Shown piece by piece: positions 52,790 to 64,000 of a stretch of 64,000 nucleotides of DNA. Below the pieces are notes generated by a model. The model saw only the letters and a list, made by a program, of their open reading frames with translations, had not been told where the DNA came from and did not search any database. Source of the DNA: Chrysomallon squamiferum (taxonomy: Eukaryota > Animalia > Mollusca); NCBI GenBank assembly GCA_012295275.1, contig CM022670.1, positions 11,408,001 through 11,472,000 of the forward strand, read 5' to 3'. Position numbers and translations under genes: made by a program. Numbering within the stretch: the stretch's first letter is position 1; each line of letters begins with the position of its first letter.

Positions 52790-53205
52790 TTATGTTTTAA
52801 CTGTAGTGTAACTAAACAGTTTAATTTAGTTTCAAACTGTTCACAGAGGAGGACACATTGATAGGTTTTCATTCCTTATTTAGAAACATTGAAATAAACG
52901 GTAATCACACAGTTTTAACTATAGTGTAAGCTAAATAAAGTCAAAACTGTTTACATAGGATGATAGGTTTTCATTCCTTATTTAGAAAACGTCAACTAAA
53001 TAGTAATCACAGTTTTAATTGTAGGTTTTCATTCCTTATTTAGAAAACGTCAACTAAATAGTAATCACAGTTTTAATTGTAGTGTAAGCCAAACTAGTAA
53101 ACAGCTTTAAAACTGTCCACGAAGGGTTTTCATTCTTTATTTAGAAAATTTGAAATAAATGGTAATCACATAGTTTTAACTATAGCGCAAGCTGAACAGC
53201 TTTTA
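52790..53205. repeat. Degenerate tandem repeat, 4 copies, ~60-100 bp units
   Basis: The core GGTTTTCATTC(C/T)TTATTTAGAAA recurs at ~52864, ~52966, ~53024 and ~53125, each followed by GTAATCACA..GTTTTAA. Confidence 0.8.
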
Positions 53206-53752
53206 AACTTCACAAATTTGTCAACAAGCCGGTTTTATGTGGTTAAAAGAGTTAACTAATGGCTTGTCAAATTCTTCAATTTTTAAATAAATAAATAAAA
53301 AGAGTAAAAAGTAAATAAATATAAATAAAATAAAATAAAGGCAATATAACGTTAAACACACCTGAAAAATAGAAGAAATGTTTTAAATTATATTAGATAA
53401 AATAATGTTGAATTTTTTTTTACTTCAAATGAGGGCAATCTATGTTCAATATTTTCTGTGAAAAGCCCACATATTAAATACAAAATTGATTAGTTTTTTT
53501 CCCAATTTTTAATAATATACTTTCAGGCCAATTTAAAATCAAAATCAGTTTTAACATATGTTTTATGATTTAAATTAATATTTTTTATTTTATCAGTATT
53601 CAATTTTCATGAAATTTTAATGATGTATGTTTTTAGAAAAGCTTTTCGTTTAATAACGTTTAACAAAATTTGTAAGTAGACATATTGGCAATAGTACATA
53701 TTTACATTTCTAATGGATAAAGGCTTTCAAGACACTTTTGAATTGAAAAATT

Positions 53753-56700
53753 CTTATGTGAGATGTGTTCAGATAGAAAACAAAGAAGGAAAGAAATAAA
53801 GAAAGAAAATATTAAAACAGCTTAAAGAATGAACAAATATGAATACGAAAAGAAAAGAAAAATCTAAGAAAACACAACAAAGAGTGGTTCTATTGTAACG
53901 CAGCATTCTTTTCAGATTTTATTCATAATAATATATAAAATGGTATGTGGACTGCGTTGATTATCAGGATAAGAATTTACATACTAAATTGATTTGATTA
54001 CTGAGAAAGAAAACAGAGAATACTGACTGACTGAAGAAAAAATAAATAAATAAAAGATTATGCGAAATATGTTCACTCATATATTTAGAATCGCCTCCCT
54101 TATGCGAGAAGTGTTCACTTCTATATTTAGAGTTACTTTCCCTATGTGAGATGTGTTCACTGGTATTTAGAGTCGCCTCCCCTATGTGAGATGTGTTCAC
54201 TGGTATATTTAGAGTCGCCTCCCTTATGTGAGATGTGTTCACTGGTATTTAGAGTCGCCTCCCCTATGTGAGATGTGTTCACTGGTATATTTAGAGTCGC
54301 CTCCCTTATGTGAGATGTGTTCACTGGTATTTAGAGTCGCCTCCCCTATGTGATATATTTGGAGTGGCCTCCCTTATGTGACATGTGTTCACTGGTATTT
54401 AGAGTTACTTTCCGTATGTGAAATGTGTTCACTGGTATTTAGAGTCACCTCCCTTATGTGAGATGTGTTCACTGGTATTTTGAGTCGCCTCCCTTATGTG
54501 AGATGTGTTCACTGGTATATTTGGAGTGGCCTCCCTTATGTGAGATGTGTTCACTGGTATTAAGAAAATAAGATAAAAAACTCGAACACAAAAGCTCAAC
54601 TAAATAATCAGTGAGAGCAGTGTGTTTAAACTGATTAAAGTATTTCATAAATAAATAATAAAGAAATGGTAGCACGTAGAAAAAAGAAGGAAGGATGGAA
54701 TGAAAGATAGGAAATAAAAGATGGAAAAGAGAGAAAGAAAAGAAAGAAAGAAAGATAGAAAAGAAAGAAGGAAAGAAAAAAAAGAAAATATTAAAACAGC
54801 TTAAAGAATGAACAAAAATGAATAAGAAAAGAAAAGAAAAATCTAAGAAAACACAACAAAGAGTGGTACTATTGTAACGCAGCATTCTTTTCAGATTTTA
54901 TTCATAATAATATATAAAATGGTATGTGGACTGCATTGATTATCAGGATAAGAATTTACATACTAAATTGATTTGATTACTGAGAAAGAAAACAGAGAAT
55001 ACTGACTGACTGAAGAAAAAATAAATAAATAAAAGATTATGCGAAATATGTTCACTCATATATTTAGAATCGCCTCCCTTATGCGAGAAGTGTTCACTTC
55101 TATATTTAGAGTTACTTTCCCTATGTGAGATGTGTTCACTGGTATTTAGAGTCGCCTCCCCTATGTGAGATGTGTTCACTGGTATTTAGAGTCGCCTCCC
55201 CTATGTGAGATGTGTTCACTGGTATTTAGAGTCGCCTCCCCTATGTGAGATGTGTTCACTGGTATATTTAGAGTCGCCTCCCTTATGTGAGATGTGTTCA
55301 CTGGTATTTAGAGTCACCTCCCCTATGTGATATGTGTTCACTGGTATATTTGGAGTGGCCTCCCTTATGTGACATGTGTTCACTGGTATTTAGAGTTACT
55401 TTCCGTATGTGAAATGTGTTCACTGGTATTTAGAGTCACCTCCCTTATGTGAGATGTGTTCACTGGTATTTTGAGTCGCCTCCCTTATGTGAGATGTGTT
55501 CACTGGTATATTTGGAGTGGCCTCCCTTATGTGAGATGTGTTCACTGGTATTAAGAAAATAAGATAAAAAACTCGAATACAAAAGCTCAACTAAATAATC
55601 AGTGAGAGCAGTGTGTTTAAACTGATTAAAGTATTTCATAAATAAATAATAAAGAAATGGTAGCACGTAGAAAAAAGAAGGAAGGATGGAATGAAAGATA
55701 GGAAATAAAAGATGGAAAAGAGAGAAAGAGAAGAAACAAAGAAATATAGAAAAGAAAGAAGGAAAGAAAGAAAGAAAGAAAATATTAAAACAGCTTAAAG
55801 AATGAACAAAAATGAATAAGAAAAGAAAAGAAAAATCTAAGAAAACACAACAAAGAGTGGTACTATTGTAACGCAGCATTCTTTTCAGATTTTATTCATA
55901 ATAATATATAAAATGGTATGTGGACTGCATTGATTATCAGGATAAGAATTTACATACTAAATTGATTTGATTACTGAGAAAGAAAACAGAGAATACTGAC
56001 TGACTGAAGAAAAATAAATAAATAAAAGATTATGCGAAATATGTTCACTCATATATTTAGAATCGCCTCCCTTATGCGAGAAGTGTTCACTTCTATATTT
56101 AGAGTTACTTTCCCTATGTGAGATGTGTTCACTGGTATTTAGAGTCGCCTCCCCTATGTGAGATGTGTTCACTGGTATTTAGAGTCGCCTCCCCTATGTG
56201 AGATGTGTTCACTGGTATATTTAGAGTCGCCTCCCCTATGTGATGTGTGTGTTCACTGGTATTTAGAGTCACTGGTATTTAGAGTCACCTCCCCTATGTG
56301 ATATGTGTTCACTGGTATATTTGGAGTGGCCTCCCTTATGTGACATGTGTTCACTGGTATTTAGAGTTACTTTCCGTATGTGAAATGTGTTCACTGGTAT
56401 TTAGAGTCACCTCCCTTATGTGAGATGTGTTCACTGGTATTTTGAGTCGCCTCCCTTATGTGAGATGTGTTCACTGGTATATTTGGAGTGGCCTCCCTTA
56501 TGTGAGATGTGTTCACTGGTATTAAGAAAAGAAGATAAAAAACTCGAATACAAAAGCTCAACTAAATAATCAGTGGGAGCAGTGTGTTTAAACTGATTAA
56601 AGTATTTCATAAATAAATAATAAAGAAATGGTAGCACGTAGAAAAAAGAAGGAAGGATGGAATGAAAGATAGGAAATAAAAGATGGAAAAGAGAGAAAGA

Positions 56701-59700
56701 AAAGAAAGAAAAGAAAGAAAGAAAAAAAAGAAAGAAGGAAAGAAAGAAAGAAAATATTAAAACAGCTTAAAGAATGAACAAAAATGAATAAGAAAAGAAA
56801 AGAAAAATCTAAGAAAACACAACAAAGAGTGGTACTATTGTAACGCAGCATTCTTTTCAGATTTTATTCATAATAATATATAAAATGGTATGTGGACTGC
56901 ATTGATTATCAGGATAAGAATTTACATACTAAATTGATTTGATTACTGAGAAAGAAAACAGAGAATACTGACTGACTGAAGAAAAAAAAATAAATAAAAG
57001 ATTATGCGAAATATGTTCACTCATATATTTAGAATCGCCTCCCTTATGCGAGAAGTGTTCACTTCTATATTTAGAGTTACTTTCCCTATGTGAGATGTGT
57101 TCACTGGTATTTAGAGTCCCTGAGATGTGTTCATGTGAGATGTGTTCACTGGTATTTAGAGTTTATGTGAGATGTGTTCACTGGTATTTAGAGTCGCCTC
57201 CCCTATGTGAGATGTGTTCACTGGTATATTTAGAGTCGCCTCCCTTATGTGAGATGTGTTCACTGGTATTTAGAGTCACCTCCCTATGTGATATGTGTTC
57301 ACTGGTATTTTGAGTGGCCTCCCTTATGTGACATGTGTTCACTGGTATTTAGAGTTACTTTCCGTATGTGAAATGTGTTCACTGGTATTTAGAGTCACCT
57401 CCCTTATGTGAGATGTGTTCACTGGTATTTTGAGTCGCCTCCCTTATGTGAGATGTGTTCACTGGTATATTTGGAGTGGCCTCCCTTATGTGAGATGTGT
57501 TCACTGGTATTAAGAAAATAAGATAAAAAACTCGAATACAAAAGCTCAACTAAATAATCAGTGAGAGCAGAGTGTTTAAACTGATTAAAGTATTTCATAA
57601 ATAAATAATAAAGAAATGGTAGCACGTAGAAAAAAGAAGGAAGGATGGAATGAAAGATAGGAAATAAAAGATGGAAAAGAGAGAAAGAAAAGAAAGAAAG
57701 ATAGAAAAGAAAGAAGGAAAGAAAGAAAGAAAAAAAATATTAAAACAGCTTAAAGAATGAACAAAAATGAATAAGAAAAGAAAAGAAAAATCTAAGAAAA
57801 CACAACAAAGAGTGGTACTATTGTAACGCAGCATTCTTTTCAGATTTTATTCATAATAATATATAAAATGGTATGTGGACTGCATTGATTATCAGGATAA
57901 GAATTTACATACTAAATTGATTTGATTACTGAGAAAGAAAACAGAGAATACTGACTGACTGAAGAAAAAATAAATAAATAAAAGATTATGCGAAATATGT
58001 TCACTCATATATTTAGAATCGCCTCCCTTATGCGAGAAGTGTTCACTTCTATATTTAGAGTTACTTTCCCTATGTGAGATGTGTTCACTGGTATTTAGAG
58101 TCGCCTCCCCTATGTGAGATGTGTTCACTGGTATTTTGAGTCGCCTCCCTTATGTGAGATGTGTTCACTGGTATTTAGAGTCACCTCCCTATGTGAGATG
58201 TGTTCACTGGTATATTTGAGTCACCTCCCTATGTGACATGTGTGTTCACTGGTATTTAGAGTTCCCTTATATGTGAAATGTGTTCACTGGTATTTAGAGT
58301 CACCCCTTATGTGAGATGTGTTCACTGGTATTTAGAGTTACTTTCCGTATGTGAAATGTGTTCACTGTGTTCACTGGTATTTAGAGTCACCTCCCTTATG
58401 TGAGATGTGTTCACTGGTATTTTGAGTCGCCTCCCTTATGTGAGATGTGTTCACTGGTATATTTGGAGTGGCCTCCCTTATGTGAGATGTGTTCACTGGT
58501 ATTAAGAAAATAAGATAAAAAACTCGAATACAAAAGCTCAACTAAATAATCAGTGGGAGCAGTGTGTTTAAACTGATTAAAGTATTTCATAAATAAATAA
58601 TAAAGAAATGGTAGCACGTAGAAAAAAGAAGGATGGATGGAATGAAAGATAGGAAATAAAAGATGGAAAAGAGAGAAAGAAAAGAAAGAAATATAGAAAA
58701 GAAAGAAGGAAAGAAAGAAAGAAAATATTAAAACAGCTTAAAGAATGAACAAAAATGAATAAGAAAAGAAAAGAAAAATCTAAGAAAACACAACAAAGAG
58801 TGGTACTATTGTAACGCAGCATTCTTTTCAGATTATATTCATAATAATATATAAAATGGTATGTGGACTGCATTGATTATCAGGATAAGAATTTACATAC
58901 TAAATTGATTTGATTACTGAGAAAGAAAACAGAGAATACTGACTGACTGAAGAAAAAATAAATAAATAAAAGATTATGCGAAATATGTTCACTCATATAT
59001 TTAGAATCGCCTCCCTTATGCGAGAAGTGTTCACTTCTATATTTAGAGTTACTTTCCCTATGTGAGATGTGTTCACTGGTATTTAGAGTCGCCTCCCCTA
59101 TGTGAGATGTGTTCACTGGTATTTAGAGTCGCCTCCCCTATGTGAGATGTGTTCACTGGTATATTTAGAGTCGCCTCCCTTATGTGAGATGTGTTCACTG
59201 GTATTTAGAGTCACCTCCCCTATGTGATATGTGTTCACTGGTATATTTGGAGTGGCCTCCCTTATGTGACATGTGTTCACTGGTATTTAGAGTTACTTTC
59301 CGTATGTGAAATGTGTTCACTGGTATTTAGAGTCACCTCCCTTATGTGAGATGTGTTCACTGGTATTTTGAGTCGCCTCCCTTATGTGAGATGTGTTCAC
59401 TGGTATATTTGGAGTGGCCTCCCTTATGTGAGATGTGTTCACTGGTATTAAGAAAATAAGATAAAAAACTCGAATACAAAAGCTCAACTAAATAATCAGT
59501 GGGAGCAGTGTGTTTAAACTGATTAAAGTATTTCATAAATAAATAATAAAGAAATGGTAGCACGTAGAAAAAAGAAGGAAGGATGGAATGAAAGATAGGA
59601 AATAAAAGATGGAAAAGAGAGAAAGAAAAGAAAGAAAGAAAGATAAAAAAAGAAAGAAGGAAAGAAAGAAAAAGAAAATATTAAAACAGCTTAAAGAATG

Positions 59701-62700
59701 AACAAAAATGAATAAGAAAAGAAAAGAAAAATCTAAGAAAACACAACAAAGAGTGGTACTATTGTAACGCAGCATTCTTTTCAGATTATATTCATAATAA
59801 TATATAAAATGGTATGTGGACTGCATTGATTATCAGGATAAGAATTTACATACTAAATTGATTTGATTACTGAGAAAGAAAACAGAGAATACTGACTGAC
59901 TGAAGAAAAAAATAAATAAATAAAAGATTATGCGAAATATGTTCACTCATATATTTAGAATCGCCTCCCTTATGCGAGAAGTGTTCACTTCTATATTTAG
60001 AGTTACTTTCCCTATGTGAGATGTGTTCACTGGTATTTAGAGTCGCCTCCATATGTGAGATGTGTTCATGTGAGATGTGTTCACTGGTATTTTAGAGTCG
60101 CCTCCCCTATGTGAGATGTGTTCACTGGTATTTAGAGTCACCTCCCCTATGTGAGATGTGTTCACTGGTATTTTGAGTCGCCTCCCTTATGTGAGATGTG
60201 TTCACTGGTATTTTGAGTGTCCCTTATGTGAGATGTGTTCACTGGTATTTAGAGTTTTTCCCTTATGTGAAATGTGTTCACTGGTATTTAGAGTCACCTC
60301 CCTTATGTGAGATGTGTTCACTGGTATTTAGAGTCACCTCCCTTATGTGAGATGTGTTCACTGGTATTTTGAGTCGCCTCCCTTATGTGAGATGTGTTCA
60401 CTGGTATATTTGAATGTGAGATGTGTTCACTGGTATTAAAAAATAAGATAAAAAACTCGAATACAAAAGCTCAACTAAATAATCAGTGAGAGCAGTGTGT
60501 TTAAACTGATTAAAGTATTTCATAAATAAATAATAAAAAAATGGTGGTAGCACGTACGTAAAAAAAAAAGAAGGATGGATGGAATGAAAGATAGGAAATA
60601 AAAAGATGGAAAAGAGAGAAAGAAAAGAAAGAAAGAAAGAAAGAAAAAAAAGAAGGAAAGAAAGAAAGAAAGAAAATATTAAAACAGCTTAAAGAATGAA
60701 CAAAAATGAATAAGAAAAGAAAAGAAAAATCTAAGAAAACACAACAAAGAGTGGTACTATTGTAACGCAGCATTCTTTTCAGATTTTATTCATAATAATA
60801 TATAAAATGGTATGTGGACTGCATTGATTATCAGGATAAGAATTTACATACTAAATTGATTTGATTACTGAGAAAGAAAACAGAGAATACTGACTGACTG
60901 AAGAAAAATAAATAAATAAAAGATTATGCGAAATATGTTCACTCATATATTTAGAATCGCCTCCCTTATGCGAGAAGTGTTCACTTCTATATTTAGAGTT
61001 ACTTTCCCTATGTGAGATGTGTTCACTGGTATTTAGAGTCGCCTCCCCTATGTGAGATGTGTTCACTGGTATATTTAGAGTCGCCTCCCTTATGTGAGAT
61101 GTGTTCACTGGTATTTAGAGTCACCTCCCCTATGTGATATGTGTTCACTGGTATATTTGGAGTGGCCTCCCTTATGTGACATGTGTTCACTGGTATTTAG
61201 AGTTACTTTCCGTATGTGAAATGTGTTCACTGGTATTTAGAGTCACCTCCCTTATGTGAGATGTGTTCACTGGTATTTTGAGTCGCCTCCCTTATGTGAG
61301 ATGTGTTCACTGGTATATTTGGAGTGGCCTCCCTTATGTGAGATGTGTTCACTGGTATTTTGAGTCGCCTCCCTTATGTGAGATGTGTTCACTGGTATAT
61401 TTGGAGTGGCCTCCCTTATGTGAGATGTGTTCACTGGTATTAAGAAAACAAGATAAAAAACTCGAATACAAAAGCTCAACTAAATAATCAGTGAGAGCAG
61501 TGTGTTTAAACTGATTAAAGTATTTCATAAATAAATAATAAAGAAATGGTAGCACGTAGAAAAAAGAAGGAAGGATGGAATGAAAGATAGGAAATAAAAG
61601 ATGGAAAAGAGAGAAAGAAAAGAAAGAAAGATAGAAAAGAAAGAAGGAAAGAAAGAAAGAAAATATTAAAACAGCTTAAAGAATGAACAAAAATGAATAA
61701 GAAAAGAAAAGAAAAATCTAAGAAAACACAACAAAGAGTGGTACTATTGTAACGCAGCATTCTTTTCAGATTTTATTCATAATAATATATAAAATGGTAT
61801 GTGGACTGCATTGATTATCAGGATAAGAATTTACATACTAAATTGATTTGATTACTGAGAAAGAAAACAGAGAATACTGACTGACTGAAGAAAAAATAAA
61901 TAAATAAAAGATTATGCGAAATATGTTCACTCATATATTTAGAATCGCCTCCCTTATGCGAGAAGTGTTCACTTCTATATTTAGAGTTACTTTCCCTATG
62001 TGAGATGTGTTCACTGGTATTTAGAGTCGCCTCCCCTATGTGAGATGTGTTCACTGGTATTTTAGAGTCGCCTCCCTTATGTGAGATGTGTTCACTGGTA
62101 TTTAGAGTCGCCTTCCTTATGTGAAATGTGTTCACTGGTATTTAGAGTCACCTCCCTTATGTGAGATGTGTTCACTGGTATTAAGAAAATAAGATAGAAA
62201 ACCTCCCTACAAAATGTGTGTTCACTGGTATTTAGAGTTAATGTGAAATGTGTTTAACTGGTATTTAAGTATTTCATAAATAAATAAAGAAATGTGTTCA
62301 CTGGTATTTTGAGTCGCCTCCCTTAATGTGAGATGTGTTCACTGGTATATTTGGAAAAAAGAAAGATTCAAAGGTATTAAGAAAAAAAGATAAAAAAACT
62401 CGAATACAAAAGCTCAACTAAATAATCAGTGAGAGCAGTGTGTTTAAACTGATTAAAGTATTTCATAAATAAATAATAAAGAAATGGTAGCACGTAGAAA
62501 AAAGAAGGAAGGATGGAATGAAAGATAGGAAATAAAAGATGGAAAAGAGAGAAAGAAAAGAAAAAGAAAAAATAGAAAAGAAAGAAGGAAAGAAAGAAAG
62601 AAAGAAAATATTAAAACAGCTTAAAGAATGAACAAAAATGAATAAGAAAAGAAAAGAAAAATCTAAGAAAACACAACAAAGAGTGGTACTATTGTAACGC

Positions 62701-62860
62701 AGCATTCTTTTCAGATTTTATTCATAATAATATATAAAATGGTATGTGGACTGCATTGATTATCAGGATAAGAATTTACATACTAAATTGATTTGATTAC
62801 TGAGAAAGAAAACAGAGAATACTGACTGACTGAAGAAAAATAAATAAATAAAAGATTATT
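53753..62860. repeat. Higher-order tandem array: ~9 units of ~980 bp, each a ~500 bp purine-rich spacer plus roughly a dozen copies of a 40/42 bp minisatellite
   Basis: The marker GATTATCAGGATAAGAATTTACATAC recurs at ~53960, 54939, 55932, 56905, 57887, 58875, 59828, 60826, 61813 and 62758. The monomer is TATGTGAGATGTGTTCACTGGTATTTAGAGTCGCCTCCCC. Confidence 0.97.
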
Positions 62861-63099
62861 ATGTTCATTAACTATAAAATTAATAATAATAATAACTTTA
62901 AAAAAATAAAAAAACAAGAACAAAAATTATTGAGCCATTAGATTGTGAATTATGGGTTTTTTAATAGCACTCGGTAATTATTATTTTTTTTTTTAGATAT
63001 ATTTTCTAGAAATACGAAAAGAAGAAAATATGAAAGTGTAATGTGAATTTATTATACGTAAGAAAATGCTAAAAGGAGGCAATATTAATTTCTGGTGGG

Positions 63100-63640
63100 A
63101 AGATAATGTGAACACTGATTGCAATTTAAATATGGCTGAAATCGATAAATCTACTGAGATAAGGTCGTTGATAATTCCAAGGGGAAATAACTGCTGTGAG
63201 ATAACATTATCTAATGAAGATTGGAAATCACTGGAAATAAATTGTCAACAGCAAACATTGATTTTTTAATAAAAAATTTTACGTTAAACCACTTGTCAAT
63301 AAATCAACTGTTGTGTCTCTACATCACTTGGCCAGCTATACAACAGATGAAGAAATAAAATAGAAAAGAGAAAGTTATGAATGTGACATCAATACACAGA
63401 ACATTTCTGAAGAATACAACCGATACTCACTAATGATACTAGATACTTCAGAAATTTACTTGAGATGTGAAATCATTATCTTATTTAATTAAATTTGACT
63501 CATATGGGAATGGTTCATGATGGACAAGTAAAATGGTGTAATTAGACAATGTCCAATTGTAACCAGTAACAGATGTAGTTTGATTGTGGGGAAGAGAAAT
63601 ATTTAACCTGTAGAAAATGTTTGAATGAAAGTCCTATGTA
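63100..63640 (+). pseudogene. Probable decayed non-LTR retrotransposon ORF1 (Tx1/L1-like gag with zinc knuckles)
   Basis: Interrupted frames read EIRSLIIPRGNNCCEITL..., FYVKPLVNKSTVVSLHHLASYTTDEEI, LTNDTRYFR, VHDGQVKWC and FDCGEEKYL..C. This motif order resembles Tx1-clade ORF1/ZCCHC3-like proteins. Recognised from memory, with no search run. Confidence 0.5.
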
Positions 63641-64000
63641 AACGAAGAAACTGATACATGGAATTGTTTTAAATGGAAATAGAACTTTTGGTTTCAAACC
63701 AGGATATAATAAGTATTAAAACACTGCTCAATAACATTTTATTATTATTATTTTTTCAAATTTAATTAAACCTAATGATTAATTAAACTTAATTCTGCTA
63801 CAGTTCAGTCTAAACAGAAAAGTTACCTGTGAGTACAAGACTTTTATCTCTATTTTTCATTATAATGACTATCACGTATTGTGAAATATCCTTTGATAGG
63901 TAAAGATGATGTGCAAAACCAAATTCAGTCATCAAAAAAAAAAAAAAAAAAAAATGAGAGACTTTATTGAAAAACTAACAGATTGGGAGACTGATTATAG

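Noticed and set aside
53964-62705. Repeated ORFs (MNTSHIGEATL..., MLRYNSTTLCC...) and CEMC/HTG-like words suggesting zinc fingers
   Set aside because: They are translations of the satellite. The 40 bp period breaks the frame, the ORF ends vary between units, and there is no C2H2 spacing.
53753-62860. CRISPR-like appearance of the regularly spaced GTGAGATGTGTTCACTGGTA repeats
   Set aside because: The intervening sequences are near-identical variants rather than unique spacers. There are no cas genes and the context is eukaryotic.

Overview
AT-rich, intron-containing animal genomic DNA. It is probably a marine invertebrate such as a mollusc, inferred only from composition and microsatellites. 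It is not prokaryotic and has no CRISPR. Genes, left to right: the 3' half of a PTB/PTBP gene (+), METTL4 (-), a Tctex1-domain dynein light chain (-), a pancreatic-lipase-like gene (-), HMGXB4 (-) head-to-head with PLAA (+), and ALG6 (-) tail-to-tail with PLAA. Repeats and mobile elements: a decayed hAT transposon, a Tc2-type MITE, a ~9 kb higher-order tandem array (~980 bp units each holding a 40/42 bp minisatellite), and a probable decayed Tx1/L1-like ORF1 at the right end. The most notable observations are a U12-type minor intron in ALG6, duplicated splice acceptors exactly 94 nt upstream of the real acceptor in both PLAA and ALG6, candidate poison acceptors in a PTB intron, RFX X-boxes upstream of the Tctex1D gene, and the nested satellite. 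I found no evidence strong enough to claim a wholly new biological system. All gene models were spliced by eye, so boundaries marked ~ are approximate.
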